64,000 nucleotides of DNA, taken from contig CM000436.1 of NCBI GenBank assembly GCA_000165345.1, positions 1,088,001 through 1,152,000 on the forward strand, given 5' to 3'. Under the pieces are notes generated by a model that did no database searches, had not been told where the DNA came from, and saw only the letters and a list, made by a program, of their open reading frames with translations. A program made the translations under genes and the position numbers. This document shows, piece after piece, positions 1 to 9,643 of the stretch. Numbering within the stretch: the first letter of the stretch is position 1; every line of letters begins with the position of its first letter.

Positions 1-1128
1 CTTTTGAAAACCATAATCAAGATTAAGTTCGTTTGGATAATCTTCATTACCTGAATCTTGAGAAGACAAATCATTTCCATTTGAATTTGAAAAATGCCTA
101 TAAATAATATTAAAAGGATTCATCCTATGATATAATAAACGTTTAAGAAGAAGAAAATCAATAATCCAGTTCTTTTCAAGTTGAAGAAATGCAAATATTA
201 TTCCAGGAAAACTAGTTTTTACCCACATAGGTTCGGAAGAAAATTGATTTTTGGATGTATAGAATCCAACAATACCTCCTTCAAGTTCATCTTCTGAAAT
301 GAATAATAACTCTACCATATCTTTATGCTCACAAAAAATATTTGAGCTAACTTCAGTATTAATAGAGGCAAAACTTTTCATTGAATGAGGAATACTATTA
401 TTTGAAGAATCATTTGTAAAACCTTTGATATTTTTTGAATTACTCCGATTCTTTTTATTCGTACCTTCTCTAATATTCAATCCACACCAATTAATTAAAT
501 GAGGTTTATACTTAATATCATTATCATTTGTGTACATTCTTGTACTAATTTGATAATCTATTTCATCTCTAATAAATAATGGAACAGGAAAATCACCTGG
601 ATGATATACTGAGAATTTGCTAGAATTTAGTTCTTTGTGAGAATTTATTTCTTGAAAAACAGATGATTCTGAGGAAGAACTATTCAAATTAACTGTTAAT
701 TTATTATTTTCTAATTTGTTAATAGTATAATATGATTGTTTCCAAGCATCTATGCATAAACATGTTGCTCCTTCATAAATGCATGTTCTTTTATTTTTAT
801 TATCACTGTAATAATACCGATCATGATGCAAGATTCTCATTAATACTATTCCATTAAATTCATTTATATCATTTCTAAACCTATTTCTTTCTCTACAATA
901 AATTAATGAAGGTGTTTCAATTCCATTTAATTCAGAATATATTGTAACGAAGCTATTTATGCGCCCAAATCGGAAATATAGCACAAAAGAGTTGTAAATA
1001 CTTGCCAATACAAAGACATATATTAATATTTGATATATTGTAGCCACAATTCCTGTTAAATAAGCTCTTCTTCCTTTTCCAAAAGTTCCAGGAAGTATAA
1101 AATCTCGAATTTTATTTATAATACCCAT
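1..1128 (-). CDS. Partial CDS (3' end lies beyond the window start). Product unknown. Predicted type-II membrane protein with one N-terminal hydrophobic anchor (GIVATIYQILIYVFVLASIYNSFVLYF), possibly Golgi-type.
   Basis: Manual translation of the minus strand from the ATG (plus-strand CAT at about 1126-1128) down to position 1 has no stop codon over about 376 codons: MGIINKIRDFILPGTFGKGRRAYLTGIVATIYQ...PGDFPVPLFIRDEIDYQ...NELNLDYGFQK. It is absent from the ORF track because no stop codon falls inside the window. Confidence 0.45.
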   Translation of the reverse strand, partial: MGIINKIRDFILPGTFGKGRRAYLTGIVATIYQILIYVFVLASIYNSFVLYFRFGRINSFVTIYSELNGIETPSLIYCRERNRFRNDINEFNGIVLMRILHHDRYYYSDNKNKRTCIYEGATCLCIDAWKQSYYTINKLENNKLTVNLNSSSSESSVFQEINSHKELNSSKFSVYHPGDFPVPLFIRDEIDYQISTRMYTNDNDIKYKPHLINWCGLNIREGTNKKNRSNSKNIKGFTNDSSNNSIPHSMKSFASINTEVSSNIFCEHKDMVELLFISEDELEGGIVGFYTSKNQFSSEPMWVKTSFPGIIFAFLQLEKNWIIDFLLLKRLLYHRMNPFNIIYRHFSNSNGNDLSSQDSGNEDYPNELNLDYGFQK

Positions 1129-1848
1129 ATTCAAACAATTTTCAAAAAATAAAGGGGAATTTTGTAATTTTATTGATGGGATATACTGAAATTCCCAATA
1201 AGCTGTATATAAACATATCTCATTGCAGCATTAATTATTATTGCTATAGTAAAATATCGTTCAGTTCAGATTCGCACAAGCTCTCAAATAGAACTCAAAA
1301 ATCTGCAATATACTAATCAATATACAGTCACCAAAATTTTTGTGGGCTCACTTGACAATTTAAATTATTGAAATATCTCTTTCATCAAAATTGCCAGCTT
1401 TCTTTTTCATTAACTTTTATCAAGGATTCTTTAAGAACTGTTAAAAAAAATGCGCAGTTCCCGCCAAAAGTGCCCGCCACACATAATATGGCAAATAGGG
1501 ACTAAAAAATGGTGGGAGAATAAATGTTAAGGGGGGCAGTTGGAGGTAGTTGAATACAAAATTTAATGGAAGTCAAGGAAAAAATTGGAATAGCGAATAA
1601 TTTAAGAAGGAAAATAGACAAAAATAGGTTAGAAACCCTATTAGAAACTATTGGTTTATAAAGATCATATACAAGTAATTGTTGAGGAAATTTAAAGAAG
1701 AAAGAATCAAGTGTTTGGTTAGAGTGTGGAAACAACGGAATAATTATCGGAAAGTAGTAATATTTGATGCAAAAGAGGAAATATATGTGTGAGAATATTG
1801 AATGCTGATTAGAGTGAAGTTGGTAGAGTTTTAAGTGTCGGAGTTGGT

Positions 1849-4800
1849 ATGTTGAATTCTGTGGATGTTGATAAATCAGGTAGATTTGGAATATTTAGTA
1901 GGAAGGATGTTTATATATATAATTTAGATAGATGGAAAGATAGAATAGATGATGGGCTAGAATTTATTAAGGTAGATAAAGGAAAGAAGATAGGATTAAA
2001 GAAGTCTACAGAAGCAAGTAGTAACCTTAATTCAATTTTTATGGATGAATATGACCATAATAGTTCTAAGTATCCTGAAATAGTAAAATTTGGAACTCAT
2101 CCAAGTATGTATGGGAATTTCATAAATATTCAAGGGAATTTAATACTATATGGAAGTTTGGAAACTATTGGACTGGATTGTATTTCAACTCAGATGATGA
2201 ATATCAGTTCTTTTGACTGGAGTCCTCATTTTTCAACAGGTACTTTTGTAACAAGTTGTGAGGATGCGTTAATAAGAGTCTCAGATATAAGGAGTAAAAG
2301 TCTAGACTTATCATTCATGTCGTTCTATAATACAAATTGCATTAAATGGAATCCTTTAAATTCTTATTTAATAGGAGCTTTACATGAAAATGGAGAATTT
2401 TTAAGTATTTATGATCTTAGAGTTTTAAAGTCTACTGGTATAATATCTAGAAATCAGTGGCTAAATGATAATTTGAAAAGAAAGGAGAGAGAGACAAGAG
2501 GTAGAGAAAAGGGTAATACCGAATTTACATGGTTACCATTATCATCAGATAAAGTTTTGATTTCCGAAACAGATTATTTATGTATAATTGATTTTAAAAT
2601 AGCTATTGAAAGCTCTAATACAGCTTATAATAGTATTGCAGATTGTAATAATAATTTAAGAGTTAGAAATGGAGCACAATATATATCATTAACAAATCCT
2701 AATATTTCTCCAGATTTTGAAATACTCAACTTTTCATCAAGTTCGGTTGAAGAGGATGATGAACTAGGAGAGGATGAAGGTAATAGCTTAATGAATCAAG
2801 GTCATACTCAAGTTGATACAGAAATGGATATTCAGGATTTAAACTGGAAGAATAGAACAAATATAAAGGTTAATACATTTGATTTTTTACCAGGAACAAA
2901 TGATCTAATAATTAATGATAAAAATGGAAGATTCTACTTTAGTGAAATCAAATATAGCGATGATTTGGAACTTAAAAAGCTTAAATTAAAATATAGTGGG
3001 CCAGTAAAGAGAATTTTTTCAAGAGAAAATAATGGACTAACAGTTTTTGGAGGATTAAAAGCAGCAAGTCACTCAAGTATTAGTTATTTTGAAAGTGAAG
3101 AAAAAAATATAAAATATGATTTTTATGCAACTTCTTTACCACAAATAAATAATAAAAGAAATACTACAGAAGATGAAAAATACAAAATGTCAAACTTGAC
3201 ACTTCAAAGCTTCTGTTTGGACTGGTTTTATAGAGATTTGAATATGATCTATGAAAAAGTAAAGTTAAACCAACAAATGGCAAATAATCTAATATCAATT
3301 TCTATTGAGTCAAACGAAAGGATTATAGCAAAACTTTCAAGACATCCATCATTACGTGGGAAATTTGTAATGGAAGATAATACAAATCTTAATTTAGTTA
3401 TTGATTCTTTTGAATTTACAATAATTTTAACAACACAAAAAAATAATATTAAAGCTACTTATTATTTCACTAATAATACAATTCTCTTAATTAAAGAGAT
3501 TTTTTCATATCTTTCTATTATTGAAAAATCAGAATTAAATATTAATTCATGTGGACAAGAATTTAAAAAATTACAAAATTATGACTACACGTCACTAAAT
3601 TATTTGCATGTAAAAGAAAAAAATTACATGCAAAATTTAATACCGGTAAGAGTTTATGTGGATAATATAATATTGAATGGTAAAGAGAGAGAGAAATTGT
3701 GTGAATTATTTAGAATAGAACTTGATAAGGAATTATTAATATCATTATTTAATGAAACAGTGATAAGTAATAAAGCTCAAGTATCAAAGCAATTAATAGA
3801 TTGGGTATGGATTATTTCTAGTTTACCAGAATTAATATTTGGATTATTAATTCAAAATGATGGATCAAAAAAAGAACAACAATTAGAGTTAATATCATCA
3901 ACTAGAAAGCATGTATATGGGATAGGATTTGAACAACATGCAATAGTTGGTGAAAATTATGAGAAAAAAGCAAGAATTTCATTTACATTTAATACATTAG
4001 ATAAATTGATCATATCTCAAGGAAATTATTTAGTAGTAATGAAAGTGAATAATGAGGATGATTGGAATAGAGCTACAAGGTATGAGAATATATTGATTGA
4101 GATTAATGAAATGTTAAGAAAAGTGGAATATATTTCAGAGGAAAGGTTCTTATATGGAGATTATTTTAAATATGCATATGTACTATTTAGTTGGCTAACA
4201 AGAGTTTTATATAAGCAAAATAGAAGACGTAGTGTCAAGGATATACAGAATTTTAGTATAGATCCAACCAATATTGAAGAAAATTCAAATTTGAGTATGA
4301 TGTTATGTCCGACAGTTGTTCACTCATATTTTAAGAATAAAAGTGATGCTAATACATCTAGAAGACAGTTTGACCATATAATTGATTCTGTTACTCCTAT
4401 CACATACAAGTTTAATTTAACTTGTTCTAGTTCATCATGTTTTGATCAGATTGATAAAACAAAGCTTTTTATTTTACTAAAGAAATTATATTTGGAAATT
4501 AAAAATAATTATGATGCTAGAATTTTGGTGGTGGCTATTCAAAAGCTTTCAAATCATATAAAGAGAACCGAAGATTGGTATAAGTTAAAAAATGATTCAA
4601 AAATGGGATTAGGAAATCGATTAGAAGGAATGGGAGCAAATGAACTCATTTCAGAGTTGGAGTTGAATCCAGTATCATTATCTGAAATACAAAGAGGAGG
4701 AATAATATCAGATAATAATGGTTCAATTTTAGCTCATTCTGTTTCACCTTTTCCCTTGGATTTGACTTTATATTCAGAATATAAATCTACTCAAGTACTG

Positions 4801-4977
4801 AAACTTGCATCAGAAGCTTGCAGTATTTGTTTGGAACCAGTTTTTGGTCTTTATACACGTTGTATAAGTTGTAAGCATGGAGGTCATATAAAGCATATTA
4901 AAGATTGGTTCGAGGATAGGACAATATGCCCTATGGTAAACTGTAAATGCAAATGCGTCCCGGAAGAATGGAAGTAG
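1849..4977 (+). CDS. 1042-aa protein with an N-terminal WD40 region and a C-terminal RING-like zinc finger (CSICLEPVFGLYTRCISCKHGGHIKHIKDWFEDRTICPMVNCKCKC). The best fit is a GATOR2/SEACAT WD40-RING subunit of the WDR24/WDR59/MIOS/Sea family.
   Basis: Uninterrupted ORF starting at an ATG. The C-terminal C-x2-C...C-x2-CGHGGH-x2-H...W...CP-x2-C-x-C-x-C pattern is the signature RING-like tail of GATOR2 WD40 subunits. WD40-like motifs occur near residues 100-200. Confidence 0.5.
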   Translation: MLNSVDVDKSGRFGIFSRKDVYIYNLDRWKDRIDDGLEFIKVDKGKKIGLKKSTEASSNLNSIFMDEYDHNSSKYPEIVKFGTHPSMYGNFINIQGNLILYGSLETIGLDCISTQMMNISSFDWSPHFSTGTFVTSCEDALIRVSDIRSKSLDLSFMSFYNTNCIKWNPLNSYLIGALHENGEFLSIYDLRVLKSTGIISRNQWLNDNLKRKERETRGREKGNTEFTWLPLSSDKVLISETDYLCIIDFKIAIESSNTAYNSIADCNNNLRVRNGAQYISLTNPNISPDFEILNFSSSSVEEDDELGEDEGNSLMNQGHTQVDTEMDIQDLNWKNRTNIKVNTFDFLPGTNDLIINDKNGRFYFSEIKYSDDLELKKLKLKYSGPVKRIFSRENNGLTVFGGLKAASHSSISYFESEEKNIKYDFYATSLPQINNKRNTTEDEKYKMSNLTLQSFCLDWFYRDLNMIYEKVKLNQQMANNLISISIESNERIIAKLSRHPSLRGKFVMEDNTNLNLVIDSFEFTIILTTQKNNIKATYYFTNNTILLIKEIFSYLSIIEKSELNINSCGQEFKKLQNYDYTSLNYLHVKEKNYMQNLIPVRVYVDNIILNGKEREKLCELFRIELDKELLISLFNETVISNKAQVSKQLIDWVWIISSLPELIFGLLIQNDGSKKEQQLELISSTRKHVYGIGFEQHAIVGENYEKKARISFTFNTLDKLIISQGNYLVVMKVNNEDDWNRATRYENILIEINEMLRKVEYISEERFLYGDYFKYAYVLFSWLTRVLYKQNRRRSVKDIQNFSIDPTNIEENSNLSMMLCPTVVHSYFKNKSDANTSRRQFDHIIDSVTPITYKFNLTCSSSSCFDQIDKTKLFILLKKLYLEIKNNYDARILVVAIQKLSNHIKRTEDWYKLKNDSKMGLGNRLEGMGANELISELELNPVSLSEIQRGGIISDNNGSILAHSVSPFPLDLTLYSEYKSTQVLKLASEACSICLEPVFGLYTRCISCKHGGHIKHIKDWFEDRTICPMVNCKCKCVPEEWK

Positions 4978-5324
4978 CAATCATCAAGCAAACAAAAGGT
5001 TGAGTTATATTATAGAATGTTAAGTTATAGCTAAATTGATACAGAAATATGAAACTTTCATCTATATAATCAGTTTATTTTCATTATACTAGTTTAATAT
5101 TAATAGAATAGTTAGGGTATTTATCATCCTCAAGAATTATACAAGGGATGAATTTAGGAATTAAAGCATTTATTTGAGCTTTAGGAGAAAATTTTGACTT
5201 CTTTTCTAAAAAAAAAAAAAAAAGATTATTTTCCTTTTTCTTCTTTCCCTTTTATTTTTCCTTGTTTCCAGATTATTTCGTTACCATAATCTAGTCTATT
5301 AGATTCACCATATATTTGGATTAA

Positions 5325-5969
5325 TTATGCAGCTTTAGCCTTCTTTCTATCAGCTCTAGAAACAGCGTGGAAACCAGTTTTAATGTTTTGTACACTTCTA
5401 TTGGCACCACAAGCGGCACAAACAATTGTATATAGACGGGTTCTATTATCTCTTTCAAGTCTAGTATTTGGAGATTTACACATAGAACATGCAACATATT
5501 CCATAATGTATTTCCTAAGCAAAACTTCAATGTGTTTTGGCCCATATTTACCCTTTAATACAAGCTGACCATCTCCTGCAATTGATCCTTCAGTTCCCAA
5601 TTCACTTAACACGAACTGGAAAACGTGGTCTGCATTTCTTTGCATAATATTGCAAATTTCTTGGAAATTAATCCAAGCTACCTTCTTACTTCCAACTCTA
5701 ACAACTTGTGGTGGTTTTAGTGTATATCTCTTTGCTCCCCACAAATCTGGATTGTGCTCAAGAATCAATCTTCTGACTCTTTCTAAAAGTTCTTCATATG
5801 GGTAAATTGCACCCTTGACAAATAATTGTCCTGATCCATCAACATAACTGCTTTCTACTTCAGAAACTCCCGTCTTATGTTCCTTACTCTTCTTCTTCTT
5901 CTTCTTTTCACCAAAATCATAACCCATATCCATCTTCTGCACTCCTTCAATTAATTCTTTCTCTGACAT
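5325..5969 (-). CDS. EIF2B (eIF2-beta): Translation initiation factor eIF2 beta subunit.
   Basis: N-terminal lysine box (KKKKKKSK). Conserved core LLERVRRLILEHNPDL...RYTLKPPQVVRVGSKKVAWINFQEICNIMQRNADHVFQFVLSELGTEGSI...LVLKGKYGPKHIEVLLRKYIMEYVACSMCKSPNTRL...YTIVCAACGANRSV, including the C-terminal C2-C2 zinc ribbon. Start is an ATG. Confidence 0.85.
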   Translation of the reverse strand: MSEKELIEGVQKMDMGYDFGEKKKKKKSKEHKTGVSEVESSYVDGSGQLFVKGAIYPYEELLERVRRLILEHNPDLWGAKRYTLKPPQVVRVGSKKVAWINFQEICNIMQRNADHVFQFVLSELGTEGSIAGDGQLVLKGKYGPKHIEVLLRKYIMEYVACSMCKSPNTRLERDNRTRLYTIVCAACGANRSVQNIKTGFHAVSRADRKKAKAA

Positions 5970-6085
5970 TTTTCCTTCTCTATCTCCACTTTAACAATTT
6001 AGGACTTGTTTTATTATTCAATTTTTAATAAATTTTTCCCTTGATAGTTTACTATTTATTAATTATTTAAGACATAAGTCCTTAT

Positions 6086-6099
6086 TTCCCGCCAAAACC
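6086..6099. promoter_or_regulatory. E2F-like box TTTCCCGCCAAAAC, about 120 bp upstream of the eIF2-beta start.
   Basis: Matches the E2F consensus TTTSSCGC(C)AAA. It is a GC-rich island in an AT-rich spacer. A 10-bp palindrome ATACGCGTAT lies at 6333-6342 in the same spacer. Confidence 0.4.
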
Positions 6100-6663
6100 A
6101 AATTTTTTTTCAAGAAAATATTTCTTTAGTTTTGGTTTACAAGTCTGAATTATTATTTCTTCTCTTGCTTGAATCTTTTATCATTTACCCATACTCTATG
6201 AGCTAACTATTATAGTTAATTTGTTTATAATATATATTGTAAACAAATTAATTCCAAGAATCTATATAACTGCTTTTCCTTAACTGCAAACTCCCCCAAC
6301 AAATTTTTCCATTTCAAATATATATTGTTTTAATACGCGTATTGTACACGCATTTTTTAAAAAACTCTTTAAATAATTACTAAATTCTATTGTTCTAGCG
6401 GAATGGTATACCATTTGTTATTTAGAGAGAAAAAAAGAGGAGAAAAAGTTAAATAAATATAATTACTATAAAATTTGATTTGATGGTTGCTTCTATAAGT
6501 ATTCTAATATTAATTATTCTTATTTCTACAAATTTCTATAAAGTTTAGCCATATTGATTTCCTTATACAACTTTTATATTATCTTTTCTTTCAACAATTT
6601 TTGTTGATTACTTCTGTTAATTTCATTAATATCACCTTATAATTACACTCACCCGTGTGCGAA

Positions 6664-6736
6664 GGGGAACTAGCTCAGATGGTAGAGCGCTCGCTTAGCA
6701 TGCGAGAGGTGATCGGATCGATGCCGGTGTTCTCCA
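6664..6736 (+). tRNA. tRNA-Ala(AGC): tRNA-Ala, anticodon AGC, 73 nt.
   Basis: The acceptor stem GGGGAAC pairs with GTTCTCC, including the alanine-identity G3:U70 pair. The A-box is TAGCTCAGATGGTAGAGC. The anticodon loop is CTTAGCATG. The T-arm is GGATCGATGCC. There is a discriminator A and no intron. Confidence 0.9.
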
Positions 6737-6737
6737 C

Positions 6738-6742
6738 TTTTT
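6738..6742 (+). terminator. Pol III terminator T-run (TTTTT) immediately 3' of tRNA-Ala.
   Basis: Five T residues begin 2 nt after the discriminator base. An E2F-like box CTCCCGCCAAT follows at about 6745-6755. Confidence 0.6.
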
Positions 6743-7123
6743 GCTCCCGCCAATTTATTTTCCATTAATATTTTTTCAAAGTGGTCATTGAATACATACG
6801 AAAATAAGTTAATATTAGAAAATAATGAAATGTTATTTGCCATTAAATTAAAATATTAAATTATTAATTCGACGATTACAATTTATTTCAAGCAACTAAT
6901 TACATATAAATATATTGTGTATAAACTAAATTGTTGAAAAGAAGAAGAAATTGTCTTTAAAATAATATTCTCTCCACTTAAGAATTTTCCTTTTCTTTTA
7001 TTTGCTCTTAATTAAATTAAATGATATGGTTTAAAAGTTGTTATTGTAAAATTTGAAATGATTTTAATAAAAGAAAAAGCATTTCACTTTTAAATCTTTT
7101 TTAGATATTGAAATCCAAATAGC

Positions 7124-8854
7124 TTAAACACATACCTGGTGAGTCTTTGTCTTTGCGTCAGATACCTGATTCTTCCTTGAATTACTATTTGATTTAGAAG
7201 TGAAAGTGGTAGTGAGTCCAACAATAAATCCGATAAATTTAACCTTGATTGCTAAGATATATGTTGCTATACTTAATATTGTTGTAATAGTGAAAGTAAG
7301 GAAGATTGATTGTAAATATGGTATCTGGAGCGGAATGATTATATAAGACATAGTTACTTCAAGCCAAAGCATATGTACAATATATATTATAATTGATGAT
7401 GCTGTAAAATGGAAATATAAGTTTGGAATAAATACATGATTAAGTAGTGAATGGCATATTGAATCCAATACAAATACGATAATCCATGATCCTGTAACAT
7501 AGAATAATGAGCTACTTGGTATTCTATACATTGGGAATGCCCACATATATCCAATGCCATCATTACCCAAAGAAAAGCTGATTGAATATAAAACCAAAGA
7601 AATGAAAACGAGAGTTGGTTTAAACATTCCTGGCATATTATTAATAATACTGTGGATCTTATTACTGGAATAATAATTATAATCATTTGAAAGGCTTATT
7701 TTGTCAACAGATTGTTGGTGATTTTTAGTATTACCAAAATTGAATTCTTTGCAAGCATTAATATTAAATTGATCTTGACTGGAGCTTGGTATTGGTATAG
7801 TTAAATCAGAAGACTCTTCAGAATTTAGAGGGTCAGAACTTCCAATTAAAGCTTGGTTTTCGGGAATGACTTGATGATTTATAGAACAATAATGACTTAG
7901 TAGTTGGTCAATAAAACCAACAGCAAAGAATGAAATATAGAAAATAATAGCTAACATCATTCTTCTGTCATCAATAACTCTAAGAAATCCTTTTTCAGGA
8001 AAAACGGGTTTGTGGTTATCAGAGGATATAGTTGAAGTGTTGGAATTATATTCAACGTTACTATAAAATGCTAGAAATAAGCTTCCAAGTATAAATGATG
8101 CAGCTGTTAAATATATTAAAGCAAGATTTAGACTTGATTTCCCATCCCTATTTGATTTCATTACTAGAGATGAAACTAACATAATCATTAGCGGAAATGA
8201 AAGCCCAAAAAGTGCTAATGGATGAAAATTATAACTATATATTACGATAGGACCAAAAACTGCTGCAATACATCCGCATGAAATTATATATGAAATATTC
8301 TCACTCTTTTTCTGACCTTTCATAACCTTCATAAAGGGAAACATCACCACAGAAATAACAATCAATAATGCTAAAAACCAAAGCCATTCAAACCCATGAC
8401 ATTTAAAATCTTTGACATACATGAAATAGTAAAGATGAAAATTGGCAGGAGCTCCATCTAATGTATAAGTACATGGCCTTCTACCATTTGCCACGTAATG
8501 TGTTATTGGTAATAGAATAAAATACCCAGAAATTAGAGGTAAAGCCAAACGTAAAATCTTCTTTCTTAATAATACACCCAAGCTTGGAGTACTTGAAAGA
8601 AAACTAGCTCTTCCTGAAACGTAAAAAAAAATGGGCATTCCAAATTCTGAGAAAAATACAATCATTTGTCTGACAATTTCCTTTTCACTTCTTGTTATTC
8701 CAATATTTAGTAGGTTCAAGTAATAAATTACATGAACGAAAACTACCAGCCAAACAGCCAGTGTTTTCAGCCAATCCAAGTAGTGAAGGCGAGCCTGGCT
8801 CGATTTCTTCATCTCATTGGTAGCCTTTTCTTGGGAAATTACCTGATTCTCCAT
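7124..8854 (-). CDS. Polytopic membrane protein of the acyltransferase-3 / OpgC-HGSNAT-like family.
   Basis: Long ORF with more than 8 hydrophobic helices. The N-terminal region RLHYLDWLKTLAVWLVVFVHV resembles the acyltransferase-3 start motif (R...LD.LRG.A...V...H). The ORF-track start at 8878 is a TTG codon, so the first in-frame ATG (MENQVISQEK..., plus-strand CAT at about 8852-8854) is used here. Confidence 0.55.
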   Translation of the reverse strand: MENQVISQEKATNEMKKSSQARLHYLDWLKTLAVWLVVFVHVIYYLNLLNIGITRSEKEIVRQMIVFFSEFGMPIFFYVSGRASFLSSTPSLGVLLRKKILRLALPLISGYFILLPITHYVANGRRPCTYTLDGAPANFHLYYFMYVKDFKCHGFEWLWFLALLIVISVVMFPFMKVMKGQKKSENISYIISCGCIAAVFGPIVIYSYNFHPLALFGLSFPLMIMLVSSLVMKSNRDGKSSLNLALIYLTAASFILGSLFLAFYSNVEYNSNTSTISSDNHKPVFPEKGFLRVIDDRRMMLAIIFYISFFAVGFIDQLLSHYCSINHQVIPENQALIGSSDPLNSEESSDLTIPIPSSSQDQFNINACKEFNFGNTKNHQQSVDKISLSNDYNYYSSNKIHSIINNMPGMFKPTLVFISLVLYSISFSLGNDGIGYMWAFPMYRIPSSSLFYVTGSWIIVFVLDSICHSLLNHVFIPNLYFHFTASSIIIYIVHMLWLEVTMSYIIIPLQIPYLQSIFLTFTITTILSIATYILAIKVKFIGFIVGLTTTFTSKSNSNSRKNQVSDAKTKTHQVCV

Positions 8855-8950
8855 CAAAAAGTCAAATTTGACGAACAAACCTTTTCCTCTTAAAAAATTA
8901 TACTACCTAAAATCTTTAGGCGCCAACCCTACTTTTTTTTTTTTTCCTCT

Positions 8951-9005
8951 TACGTGGCACCGGTATTTTAGAAAACAATTAATAATTTACATGCATGTAA
9001 GCTTA
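8951..9005. promoter_or_regulatory. Composite element CTTACGTGGCACCGGTATTTT ... CATGCATGTAAGC, upstream of the acyltransferase-family gene.
   Basis: It contains an ACGT-core box (TACGTGG), the ACCGGT palindrome and GCATGCA. The same elements recur at 12023-12064 and 39666-39690. Confidence 0.4.
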
Positions 9006-9351
9006 GAGTTCATTTGCAAATTTTCAAAAAAAAAATAAATATATACATTAAACTACTAAAATATACTTAAGTAAATATTAAGATTTATTATTTATTAATA
9101 CAATTTATTTTTACTCTGCATCTTTTAATTGCCCTTTCTATATGGATAGACATCTGCCATTGAGCGCTAACAAGTTTATTGTGTGTGAACAATATAAATA
9201 ATTTGAATGTGCACATAGTTTTTCCACCCATATTGAATGCAATGCCAAATCTTTATAATTTGATTCTCTTTTATTCAAAGCAAGCCTATTAGTATTTAGC
9301 CCCTCACCACATTTTCCCCACTATTTCTCAATATTTTTTCCACACCTGAAC

Positions 9352-9548
<197 letters not shown>

Positions 9549-9643
9549 ACCTCCCTATTGTAATGGTTCCTTTCTCAGGCAGTCCCGTCATTTTTATCTT
9601 TTTCTTTTAACTACAACTGGTCGTTAATCCATGCTTTTGTAAA

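Noticed and set aside
1502-1735. 77-aa minus-strand ORF between the two divergent genes.
   Set aside because: It lies within the promoter spacer that carries the E2F-like boxes. It has low complexity, no homology and no ATG-context support.
5208-5222. Poly(A) and poly(T) runs as possible telomeric, centromeric or origin elements. Other examples are at 11696-11713, 12714-12726, 39721-39740 and 45222-45237.
   Set aside because: These are short homopolymers typical of AT-rich spacers and UTRs. No telomere-like repeat (for example TTTAGG) or satellite array is present.
7387-7686. Small antisense or alternate-frame ORFs inside large genes.
   Set aside because: These are short internal ORFs within much longer, homology-supported ORFs: 7387-7686, 9750-9944, 13170-13394, 13872-14072, 15669-15923, 17113-17322, 22293-23073, 23987-24361, 27623-28730, 29858-30404, 38638-38886, 42896-43123, 51126-52161, 56704-56913, 57836-58773 and 59247-63574. 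Their composition is typical of chance frames in AT-rich or repeat-rich coding DNA.
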